From Bigelowiella natans CCMP2755 (Eukaryota > Protista > Cercozoa): a stretch of 64,000 bases of DNA. Made by a program: the position numbers and the translations under genes. Below, in pieces: positions 39,162-49,254 of this stretch (within the stretch, counting starts at the first letter, position 1; each line of letters opens with the position of its first letter). The notes under the pieces are model-generated. The model worked only from the letters and a program-made list of their open reading frames with translations. It was not told the origin of the DNA and searched no databases. The DNA is taken from the NCBI GenBank assembly GCA_000320545.1, contig ADNK01002544.1, forward strand, positions 77,974-141,973, written 5' to 3'.

Positions 39162-42100
39162 ATGTCACAGCAGCTAGAAGAACAGCAGGACTTTGGCTCG
39201 CAGGCCGTGCAAGGGCACGAGCAGAAACAGGAAAGGAAGGGCGATACGGACGCTAAGGAAGGAGGAGGAACACCTCCACAGGCACCGCCGGGACCAGCAC
39301 CCGGGATTAAGAAAGCAGATGCAGCAGCAGAGGCACTGGAGAACTTCTACGAGGCGGACGACGAGGACGTGGCCGCCGAAAGCAAGAAGGTCGTAATGGC
39401 ATTACGAGCCTTGCGACCCAGGGCGAGCAACTACGCCAAACTGAAAGTATCGATAGAATACAAGTATCAGACACATGATGTTTGGGCAGCTATCATGCAG
39501 GACATCATGGATTACGAAGCAGACTTACCTCCAGAGTGGGCAGCTTTGTTTAGGAACGACGGGGGTCTGGGCGCCTCGCGGGGGACGACCCAGAGCACCG
39601 TCAAGCAGCAGCAGCCGGTACAGCGGAACACCCAGTTCATGTCTGTTAAAACAGCACCGGTTATGATAACGAAATACAACGGGAAAAGAGGTGAGGCAAG
39701 GAGGTGGTGGAAGAACGCTAGGAGTATACTCTGCGACTTTACCCCTAACCCCACCGAAAACGACAAGCTCAAATGGCTAGCTATAATAAAGCAAGCCATG
39801 GACCTTTACGAGACAGGCAGGACCCGGATCAGGCAGCTAGAGAAAATACACACTACAGTTAGTGGGCTACGAGACGTTGAGGCGATAATGAAGGCTTTTG
39901 TAAATGAACAGGATGCTAACTCCCTACCCCAGGCTATTAGAAAATACAGAGCAATGATGCAGCATGAGAGAGAACCTGTTAGAGACTTTGCCACGCGCTT
40001 CCAGGATATGATCGACGAACTACATGATTTTAATTACAACACAGGTGATGATCAGGCAAGGTTTGAAGAGTTCAAGTTAAAGATAAAGGAATCCACTTAC
40101 GTTACGGAGAAAGGCTACACCACGATGGAGGCAGCAGTGCAGGCTATATCCCTACGCGAGCAGGAGCAGGACCGCAAGTTTACCAGCCCTAAGGTACCTG
40201 GCATAGGAAACATTAACGCTATTAAGCCGCAGCGAGACTGGTACAAGGACAGGGAAGGTAACCGACGTTGCGGATACTGCTCACGTAAAGGGAAACACAC
40301 CGCTAAAGACTGCAGAGACAGGAAAGAAGGACGACCCAGGATGACGATCAGGCAGCTCAACGAACACTACGAGAAGTTAAAGAGAAAGAAAGGCAGAGGA
40401 CAAGGATATAACAACAGCAAATGGCAAGGCAGCAACAACGGGAAGAACAATAAATATAAGAACAAAAAGCAGAACAGTATCAATGCTATACAGCAGCAGA
40501 TAAACGGAATATTAGATCACCTTAAGCAGGCGCCGACGAAGACAGCAATACCAGCAACGCAGGACCAAGACAAGCCCATGACCCTAGACGACATAAAGAA
40601 CTTAGGAGTATGCAACATTAATGACGAAGACGCTAACAGGACTATCAAAGTTGCTATGACCAAGGTTAAAGTTAAAGACAGCTACGGAGACTACAAGAAA
40701 CTACCTGCCCTTTGGGATAGTGGCAGCATGCCGAAGTCCTTCATAAGCCTAAGCACAGTAAGAAGGTTAGGACTATTGGATCAAGTGACTAAGAAAGAAC
40801 GTAAATATGCTCAAGCAGACGGAAGCTCTTCCATGAAGACCGTCGGTGAGCTAATGCTAAAGCTACAGATACCTGGCAGCGACGCGGAGACCCAAATCAA
40901 GACCCGAGTAGCCATGACTTTATCCATGGAACTACTCCTCGGACAGGATGCCCTAGAAAAATTAGGGGGGATCATATCATTCTACAATCACAAGATATAC
41001 TTTGCTAAGTTGCCAAAGAAGTCAGGCAGGACCATCAGCCAGAACATGATACGGCTTGACGAGTGGACCTCTGAGTCAAGCGTTAATGCGTTAGAGTTTA
41101 TGGACCTAGCGGACAACAAGCTACCTACACCTACCGAGCTACGGAAGAAGAACCCCGGCAAGACCATCCGACAGATAACGGAGCTACTGGACAAGACCCC
41201 CCCAGCTGATGATTGGGATATCGACAAAGGCAAAAAGTACATTAATAAAATATTAAACGAGAAGTACTCTGACATCACCAAGCCGACGACGAAGCCCTCC
41301 AGCAAGCTTACCCCAGTAAAGATCGAGCTAAAGAAGGGATACGAAGAGTGCATCATCAATGACCCAGAACATAGGCGACCGGAAGCGGACTGGGAAAAGA
41401 TAGAGTGGCAGATCAATGAATGGGCAAAGGAAGGGAAGATAGAGCCAAGCAACTCACCATGGAACGTGAGACATGTGCTAGCTAAGAAACCTACTTACCC
41501 TTTCTTCCGCCTGGCGCACAACTTCATCCGCCACAACCGAGTAATAAAGAGGATCCAGACACCTACACCAAGGATAGATGACGTTATTGAACACGTCATA
41601 GGATACAAATACTACTCTTCCCTAGATAAAAATGAATCATACATGCAGACACCCATCCACAAAACCTCCCGCCCCATTACCGCGTTCTCCAGCAGGCACA
41701 GGAAGTGGCACTTCGTCGTATTCCCTTACGGCCTAAGCATATCAGGGGATGCGTTCAGTAGTCAGAACTACAGGGCATACACACATGATGGGATGGCGTC
41801 TGTGTTGTGGGTGTTTGTGTTTGTGTATGTGGATGATGACATAATATGTACCAACACAGTCGTCGCTCAGATCTTCCTCCTGGAAAATATATTTATTAGG
41901 TTTGCACACTTCGGTTTTACTATTAGACTGCAGAAGTGTACATTCCTAGCTACAAGAATCAAGTGGTGTGGATATTACCTGGAGCAAGGCCGCATCACCC
42001 CAAACCCCGAGAAAGTAGCAGCACTACAGCAAGCCCCTAAACCTAAGAATGCAAAGGAGTTAAAGTCATTCTTGCAGACTGCAGCTTGGATACTACGTAG

Positions 42101-44135
42101 GTTCTCCCCTACCTACGCTAGGACTGCAGCTGCTTTTACTACTGCTTACCGGAAGGAGAACTCTGTAGGCCTCAGCTTCGCTAAGGTGTGGGCCAAGGCT
42201 GGCCTTGATGCCCACTTCGATAACCTAATAAAGTTATGCAGCAACACCCTATTGAATGCTAAGCTAGACACTACTAGACCAGCTACCCTATGGACAGACT
42301 GGTCTAAGCTAGGTATGGCTGCTGTACTTACCCAAGACCAGCAGATCATACGGGTGTGGGGCAGGGCCTGCACAGCAGCTGAGGCCAAGTACAGCCCTAC
42401 AAAAGGAGAGTATAAAGCCATGAGTGAGGCGCAGAGGAAACTAAGATACTACCTGCTGTCGGTGCCCAGCTTCACCTTAATGACTGACCACAAGCCCCTC
42501 CTAGGCATCGACCGCAAGCTCGAAGCGCCTAACGATGAGTATGCAGCTATGAGGGCGGACACGGAAGAGTTTAGGGACAAGAGGACAGTGGTCTACGCAC
42601 CAGGAGACAAGCAGCTTGCTGACTATTTCAGCAGGCTGTTCGAAAAGAAAGTCCCTACCCAGGTCACCCCTATGGTTAACGCGATTACCTTCGAGGACGG
42701 CGACTTCCTGCCTGAGCCAGAGGAGCTCCAGCACCTTCAAGAACACCTGGATAAATACAAACACAAGCATGAGGTACTTAGTGATAGGATATATGTATAC
42801 ACTAATAATGTTAGGCGTACCTACGTGCCACGGCGGACCAGGGGAGCCCTTCTCTTTACCGCCCATGGACCTGCACACGTAGGAGAAAACCATATCACTG
42901 CTCTACTCTACCATTACTACTGGCCCTACAAGCTAAAAGAGATAAGGACATACCTGCGTGGCTGCAGGTGCTCCAGCTTGAAGGCGGCAGGCGTCGCCAC
43001 CAAGGAGTCCAGCAAGAGCCGTGCATCTAAGAAAATCAAAGCAAGGAACTTCTTAGATATCGTGCAAATTGATGTTTATAAGTACGATGGCTATCACTAC
43101 CTTACCTTCGTTGATGTGGCCACTGGAAAGTGCTGGGTTAAAAAGATTATCAAGGTCAACGTTGCTAAGAAGAACAAAGGCTTATATAAGCAGAGGCTTA
43201 CTAACTGCTACCGTACCTGGGAGTCTGAGCTCCAGGCTATCCCTGATGAAGTTAGCATAAACAAGATACCAAAGAAGTTACATGTGGATAATGAGACCTC
43301 TCTTCTACAGCTACCACACCCTAATATTGATGCCTCACCTGTATACTATGCCCAGTCCAACTCCAAGGTAGAGCGACTCCACCGCACCTTGGCCAACCTA
43401 AGCAGGATAAATAGCACCACACCAGACAAGATACAAGGGTTAGTAAACGACACCTTCACGTCTGGGGGAGGTATCAAGGATAAGGAGAGGGAAGAAGGCG
43501 ACGACAACGACGACGATACCGAGAGCGAAGACGAGAAGGTCCCGTACGATGGCCGAGTTCTAAAGGAAGGACAGTATGTTAGGGCCAAGGTAAATCTGAG
43601 ATCGAGAAATAAACAAGACCCCTTCTGGGGTGGCGTTGCAAAGGTTACCGAGAGGAAGGGGAGGAAGCAGTACTACATCTATGATGGGAACAGGGTCACC
43701 TTGCGCCACATCAGTCACCTAAAGAATTATGATATCGGTGAGAAGCTCCTAGAGGATGTTAAAGTAAACCCTACTGTGTGGGAGCGAGCAATGCCTTGTT
43801 TAGGACCCCGACCTAAGTTCGATGTGGAATATGGAAACAATAAGGTCAGGGTGAACGACGATTGGCGCATGAAGATTGTCTATCTAGGCTACCCTGGATT
43901 ACGAAATATGGAGAGGGTAGCTACGAAAATAAAGGACGGAAAATATCAGCTACTCTACCTAGCTGTTCCCGACTTACCCTTTGAGCACTGGTATAAGGTC
44001 CTGGGGGACCTTGATGCAGAGGGCTGGTATGGACACGAACCTAAGGACGAAGGTGAGTTCTGGGTAAGCGACAAAGGAGATAAGGTTAGAGAGGAATCTA
44101 TTACCTGGTGGTTGGTGAAGTTCCGAAAGCGATGA
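39162..44135 (+). CDS. Gag-Pol polyprotein, 1657 aa: Gag with Zn knuckle, aspartic protease, RT, RNase H, integrase, SH3-like region and a C-terminal Dam-like domain
   Basis: CGYCSRKGKHTAKDC (knuckle); ALWDSGS (PR); SPWN..LDKNESYMQ..FPYGL..YVDD (RT); TDWS..GE..TDHKPL..LADYFSR (RH); H-x3-H...C, IDV..VDNE..SNSKVERLHRTL (INT). Confidence 0.97.
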   Translation: MSQQLEEQQDFGSQAVQGHEQKQERKGDTDAKEGGGTPPQAPPGPAPGIKKADAAAEALENFYEADDEDVAAESKKVVMALRALRPRASNYAKLKVSIEYKYQTHDVWAAIMQDIMDYEADLPPEWAALFRNDGGLGASRGTTQSTVKQQQPVQRNTQFMSVKTAPVMITKYNGKRGEARRWWKNARSILCDFTPNPTENDKLKWLAIIKQAMDLYETGRTRIRQLEKIHTTVSGLRDVEAIMKAFVNEQDANSLPQAIRKYRAMMQHEREPVRDFATRFQDMIDELHDFNYNTGDDQARFEEFKLKIKESTYVTEKGYTTMEAAVQAISLREQEQDRKFTSPKVPGIGNINAIKPQRDWYKDREGNRRCGYCSRKGKHTAKDCRDRKEGRPRMTIRQLNEHYEKLKRKKGRGQGYNNSKWQGSNNGKNNKYKNKKQNSINAIQQQINGILDHLKQAPTKTAIPATQDQDKPMTLDDIKNLGVCNINDEDANRTIKVAMTKVKVKDSYGDYKKLPALWDSGSMPKSFISLSTVRRLGLLDQVTKKERKYAQADGSSSMKTVGELMLKLQIPGSDAETQIKTRVAMTLSMELLLGQDALEKLGGIISFYNHKIYFAKLPKKSGRTISQNMIRLDEWTSESSVNALEFMDLADNKLPTPTELRKKNPGKTIRQITELLDKTPPADDWDIDKGKKYINKILNEKYSDITKPTTKPSSKLTPVKIELKKGYEECIINDPEHRRPEADWEKIEWQINEWAKEGKIEPSNSPWNVRHVLAKKPTYPFFRLAHNFIRHNRVIKRIQTPTPRIDDVIEHVIGYKYYSSLDKNESYMQTPIHKTSRPITAFSSRHRKWHFVVFPYGLSISGDAFSSQNYRAYTHDGMASVLWVFVFVYVDDDIICTNTVVAQIFLLENIFIRFAHFGFTIRLQKCTFLATRIKWCGYYLEQGRITPNPEKVAALQQAPKPKNAKELKSFLQTAAWILRRFSPTYARTAAAFTTAYRKENSVGLSFAKVWAKAGLDAHFDNLIKLCSNTLLNAKLDTTRPATLWTDWSKLGMAAVLTQDQQIIRVWGRACTAAEAKYSPTKGEYKAMSEAQRKLRYYLLSVPSFTLMTDHKPLLGIDRKLEAPNDEYAAMRADTEEFRDKRTVVYAPGDKQLADYFSRLFEKKVPTQVTPMVNAITFEDGDFLPEPEELQHLQEHLDKYKHKHEVLSDRIYVYTNNVRRTYVPRRTRGALLFTAHGPAHVGENHITALLYHYYWPYKLKEIRTYLRGCRCSSLKAAGVATKESSKSRASKKIKARNFLDIVQIDVYKYDGYHYLTFVDVATGKCWVKKIIKVNVAKKNKGLYKQRLTNCYRTWESELQAIPDEVSINKIPKKLHVDNETSLLQLPHPNIDASPVYYAQSNSKVERLHRTLANLSRINSTTPDKIQGLVNDTFTSGGGIKDKEREEGDDNDDDTESEDEKVPYDGRVLKEGQYVRAKVNLRSRNKQDPFWGGVAKVTERKGRKQYYIYDGNRVTLRHISHLKNYDIGEKLLEDVKVNPTVWERAMPCLGPRPKFDVEYGNNKVRVNDDWRMKIVYLGYPGLRNMERVATKIKDGKYQLLYLAVPDLPFEHWYKVLGDLDAEGWYGHEPKDEGEFWVSDKGDKVREESITWWLVKFRKR

Positions 44136-44141
44136 AGGTCT

Positions 44142-44186
44142 AAGGGAATAAGGAAGGAAGGAAGGAGCAACGTGACTTGGGGGAGG
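44142..44186 (+). promoter_or_regulatory. Polypurine tract region
   Basis: AAGGGAATAAGGAAGGAAGGAAGGAG followed by GGGGGAGG immediately before the 3' LTR. Confidence 0.8.
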
Positions 44187-44512
44187 TGTAGCGCGTACCA
44201 CTACGCGGGCACAAGTCACGTGCGACAACAAAGGGGTTGTCGCGGATATAGAATATAGATAACGTAGATATTAATACAGCATAGGCACGTGGGTTCCGGC
44301 GGGACTCATGGCAGCACACCGGAAGTGTGCTGCCCCACGTGCGGCGGCATTCGCGAAAGCTTCGCGAATGATTACGCAGTGCACGATTTAATAAAAATAT
44401 AATCTTTAATAAAAATAAACACAACTCTTCAAAAGGAAGCAAACGTGCCTTTCCCCCCCCCTGCCTACTTGTGCACGTAGCGCCTCGGCCTGTGAACACC
44501 TTACGCGCAACA
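44187..44512 (+). repeat. 3' LTR
   Basis: Matches 38797-39122 with no difference seen. Confidence 0.97.
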
Positions 44513-44678
44513 CCCACGTGCACAAGGACTGCACCTGCCTTTCCAGCTTTGCTGCAGCTTGCCGAAAGGGAACTCCCTGAGCCTCAGCTTCGCCTGGGTG
44601 TGGGCTGAGGTTGACCTTGACACCCACTTCAAGAACCCAACAAAGTTGTGCAAAGACACTCCGTTGAACGCAAAGCCT
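44513..44678 (+). pseudogene. Continuation of the hypermutated Gypsy relic, 3' of the insertion
   Basis: PTCTRTAPAF..RKGNSLSLSFAWVWAEVDLDTHFKNPTKLCKDTPLNAKP vs intact PTYARTAAAF..RKENSVGLSFAKVWAKAGLDAHFDNLIKLCSNTLLNAKL. Confidence 0.93.
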
Positions 44679-45081
44679 GTTGGAGTGCTTTGCACTCAAT
44701 GCGCGAAGTGCATGCTTGTGGCAGCAGTGGCAACGCCGGCGGGCGTTTGCAGGCTGCGACAAGCAGTGCAGAATGGGCTTCCAATGCAGGCAGGTTCTGT
44801 GCCTGCGACAAGGCAGGACAGTGCTCATGTGCTGCATCAGCCATGTGCCAGCAAAGGAAGTGGGCGCGTCTTCCTTCCTTCTGCAGCACGATGTCATGCA
44901 CGTAGTTCAGGTGATTTCGCCTGATGACAGTTGACTTGGCACATGCATGTGAAAAGGTCCGAACTCATCAGAGAATCGAGGCAGCCGCTTGTGCAGCTGA
45001 CCTCCCACCCTTCCTTCCTTCCTCCATCTGACTGTGCCACTAGCCTGCATTCTGCACCGCGCCGCCCATTCACTTCTAACA
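44678..45081 (+). repeat. ~400-bp direct repeat, copy 1 (copy 2 at 50430-50833)
   Basis: Near-identical at a constant offset of 5752 bp. Confidence 0.95.
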
Positions 45082-45149
45082 GGTTGTGAGCCTACGCGGC
45101 TTCCGCCGCCCAGTTACGCCCAAAAAAAATTTGGCTCAAACAGTTCAGT

Positions 45150-47250
45150 CTAGTAGAACTGGTTTGAAGGTGCCACGATACGAACTTGGTCGGTGATGGT
45201 CGGATTGCTAGGTGCTGGTGCACCGAAAATCCAACCAGTCTGGAAAGAATGAATCTGTGTTGGAACAAAACGAAATGTGATTACCCATAACTCAAAAACA
45301 AAAATTTGCAACCAAGCAAAACAACTTAACAGAGGGGCAAAACTTAAAAAAAGTCAAATCGACCAACTGCAACAAGGAACAAATAGCAAACAAAAAAAGC
45401 GAAATTAAAATGTTCCCCATCAAACACCAAAATGGAATCATAACCACAAAGTTGTTATGATCAAATTGGAACTCGAAAATGAAATTATAACCACTTGTGA
45501 CCAAAAAGTTGTTGTTATGATCAAATTACCCCTTGTTCCCTGGCAAGATTCCCATCCCAGGCATGTGCTATGAAACGAAATAGCGGGACACTGTTCTTCC
45601 CTGAAACAAATACCACAACGATCTAATAAAAAAAAACAATGGTCTCATCTAGATCTTTACAGATCAAGGAAAGATTTACGAACCTTGAGAACACGACCGT
45701 AGCATCAGAATATTGTGCACATCGGAGAATGGTGGATCACGACAAGTAGCTGAACCACCATGCTCTCCCATGCTGTAACAATTACAGGGAATGAATGAGT
45801 GACACACACGACAAAATGATAGTCCAGCATGCAGAAATACGATTCAAGGATGTGCACTCATAAGTGAATCTAAGAAACGCATACCATATGACAGTGAAAC
45901 GATTTGTGAATCTCTCGTACTTACTTGCACCATGCCAAATTCAAATGCATAAATTTTTCATAATGATGTAAACAAATCGAAAATGAAATTAATTCCAAGG
46001 AAAAGCATGCCAACCTGCGTTCGCTGCGGCCTGTAATGCCCGGAACGTGAGTGGTAAATCGCGGCTACCTGATGAACAAAGCAATTATTAACAGCCTCAT
46101 GCCGACACTGTGATGAGCGCGATTTGCATCACGGGGTTACAATTAAGAATCATGCACCGATTCACGACGCATACGTGCATTTTTTTTCCAGACAGTACCG
46201 CAATCATGATTGTGATATGCGGGCATGTGACCGCAAACACATGATACGAAAATAGACAACAAAATCACGGAGGTGCTGACAACACCTCCGATGTCGAAAT
46301 CTCCATGCATGACAATGCATCCAATGTACCTGCAGGGTTGCAGCGTCTTTACCGCTCGCAAGTCCTAGGTAACCTACATGAGGATGTTGAACGACGGTGA
46401 ACTTACGACTTGACCTAAGGAATGGGGGTTCGACGCAAGCGCCTTCTTGCGAAAGAAGAATGTTGCATCGAATAAAATCAAAGCAATTACCTTGGAGATA
46501 TCCCCGTTATTCGATGTCGATATTCATAGTCCTCCTGTCAATTCCGACCTGTTAGAGGTCAATTAGTAAGAGTCAACATTAATACCGAAATCGATAATTG
46601 TGGTCTGTACCGGCTGGTGTCGGAAACGAACCACGTAAGCTCTGAAGAACAATCGCTTACGCAGATGAAAAGGATCCTGAAAATAAAAAAAAAAACAATT
46701 GTTCAGCGCTATTGAGCAAACGAATACCGCAGGTAATGCTATCGAATAATCGAAGGACGATACTCGTAGCAACATTACCGACTAACGAATATTGCGACTC
46801 GAGATTAAATGATGTTGATACAATCAACATCATGCGATTGTGACAAAACAGAATTTCGGTATAGTCATATGTGACAAAATGTCATAGCTATCCTCCACGA
46901 CCAGTCTGTGAGCACGGTCAACTATGTGGGACGACAATGCAAAAAGATAACAGTCAGGAAATGGGTAGGGAACAGAATGGAGACGTCCATTCTACCTCCA
47001 CTTCATTAACTGACTGTGTTTCTAAATTATAGATCCCGTGTGACTCCTAAGTAATTACCATGAACATGAAAATTGCAAATGAAGCGTTTAGTTGAAAGCA
47101 CACACACGAACATATGACTCTCAAGCTCAATTATGAGAAGAGCATGTACCTCCGTCAGTGATGCTCCGAAGAACGGCCTCAACGAAATCTTAATGTCTTG
47201 TCTGCACGTTATAAAGATTTGCTAAGAGGCACAACGTAATAGTTGTGAAT
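45150..47250 (-). CDS. Probable intron-containing gene of unknown function, not TpA-depleted; 5' end unresolved
   Basis: AG/GT-bounded segments on the minus strand: DPFHLRKRLFFRAYVVRFRHQPVQTTIIDF, GYLGLASGKDAATLQ, TCRDPPFSDAQYSDATVVFS, GKNSVPLFRFIAHAWDGNLAREQG, TGWIFGAPAPSNPTITDQVRIVAPSNQFY*. Confidence 0.45.
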
Positions 47251-47857
47251 TACATTCACACAATTACCGCATAAGAGACGTATCGCTCTTACTCCATCCA
47301 GTCCTTCATAAATTAGCGGAATAATTTCACTCAAAACTTACAGATATTCATGCTCATATACAACCTTGTCAATGAGAAATAATTGGAAAGAAAATATTCA
47401 AAATGGAGATTAGACAACACACAAAGATGTGTAACACGAAGAGTTGAAGATATATCACAATCACAAATTCGACTTAGGAGAAGATGTAGAATCTATCACG
47501 AGGAATGATACTCTACTATCTATAAACTCGACAACAGGTTAGTCTACTTCGAAAATTGAAAACCACAGTATATATACTCGAAAACATAAAGGATGAAGCT
47601 AACTTTCACGTTTGGTCATCATACTATCTATCACATGAGTATACTCCCTACCTTCCCATCTCTCATATTGTCATCGTCTGTGTATGGTGTTGCACGAATA
47701 TAACCTCACCTAATGATAATAACAACCAACAGCCACGCTCAATGCATCGTGATTTCTATTTCCTACAATGAATGAGACCCTACCCCACCCCCCAGCCTTT
47801 CCTTACAGTCATTTAGTGTTAAACAAATGACTGAAGACACAACATATACATCTACAA

Positions 47858-49254
47858 GCCGAGGTACATTATGTACCTGCAGCTCTCTCTTCACGAATGT
47901 ACACATGCATGGTTATATGCGTATGCATATACCCATTGGCACAGCTTGATACTTACCCTCCCTCCCATCCCCTCTGCTCTTGGTGAGATGTTCCTTCGCA
48001 GTCCTCCCCTAATATCGTTAGATATCGATGTAATTAATATCGAACAACTATACATACGGGTTAGGGGATCTAAATATTTTTTTTTCAATTTTTCCCCCCC
48101 CCCCCCCCGGCCTCGAAATAATTTATAAGTTAAGAGTGCCATGCATAAATTACACAACAAAGGTGCTGAGGTAGATAACTACCTGCAACACCGCTCGATG
48201 AGCACACAACCAAGATTATAACTTTTCTTAGTCATCCTCCCCCCCCCCCTTACAATGTCTGACATCCAGCGGAATCTCTCTTGAGATCCTGAGGAGAAAA
48301 GAAATAAGCCAAATAATGTCATTAAGCGATTAATGATAAATGAGTTCACACAAAGTAATGAGCAGCTGAGGTAGATTAACTACCTGCAGCGTGCATAAAA
48401 TGAAGTATGCCATGGCCATGTTATGGACCTAAATGATAAATGAGCAAATGATTAATGAAATTTTAATTAGTGCTAAGCAACTACATGGATTTAAATGAAA
48501 ATGATGTTTTCATAATTTGATTATTATGATGCTGAGGTAAACTATGCACCTACAGCTTCTGTATTGGGTCATAGAGAAATTTGGGAGAAGGCGTCCTCGC
48601 TTCCCCCCCCCCCCCCCCCCCCCTTCCCCCTTCCTTCTCCATAACGACTCATCTCACCTTTCCTCATTCACGATTCTCGACGCCTCAGAGGATATTGTTC
48701 CGACCTAAATATCCAGATGTTCAGATACAAAGAAAATTTTTTCAGACACCTTCCCCCCCCCCCCCTCCCCTTCTCACCCCCCCCCCCTACTACTCTATTG
48801 TTTCGGCGGACATGTATCACCTTCAGAGGACCGCATAGCATTGAGGGCCTTGCCATCGGTCTGCAATATTTGCATGCAACATGCGGTTTAGGGAATATAA
48901 AATGCCGTGCAGACTTCCCCCCCCCCCCCCCACCCCCTTCCTCTCTCTGAGCCATCCTCATTTGGACACTCAAATTGCAACCACTTGCATGTAATGAATT
49001 TAGACTGCAACTATCGGCTCAGTGTGCTGAGGTACATCAGATACCTGCTGCAACGCATTGTTCCTGTGAGCCATTTTTCCTCCCCTCCCACTCCCCCCTT
49101 CCTCCCATTTGCATCACCTCATGCAAGTACCTGGCTTGTTCCAGCTGAGCGGTTTTTCAAATTTTTTTTTGGCCGCCCATGTCATCAATGATGATTGATG
49201 ATGAATGAACAATGCAAAATGATGAGCAGCTAAGGTGACTCACCTGCCTGTAGC
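47858..49254. repeat. Array of six imperfect palindromes GCTGAGGTA-N6-7-TACCTGCAGC interspersed with poly-C tracts
   Basis: Copies at 47858, 48165, 48365, 48531, 49026 and 49229 (degenerate). Confidence 0.8.

Larger units (their letters stand above)
38797..44512 (+). mobile_element. Intact full-length Ty3/Gypsy LTR retrotransposon (5716 bp)
   Basis: Two apparently identical 326-bp LTRs (TG...CA), 4-bp TSD CCCA (38793-38796 and 44513-44516), PBS, PPT, and a single gag-pol ORF in PR-RT-RH-INT order. Confidence 0.98.

Noticed and set aside
47858-49254. CRISPR array or integron cassette array
   Set aside because: Spacing is long and irregular (166-495 bp), repeats are degenerate, there are no cas or integrase genes or cassette ORFs, and the context is eukaryotic.
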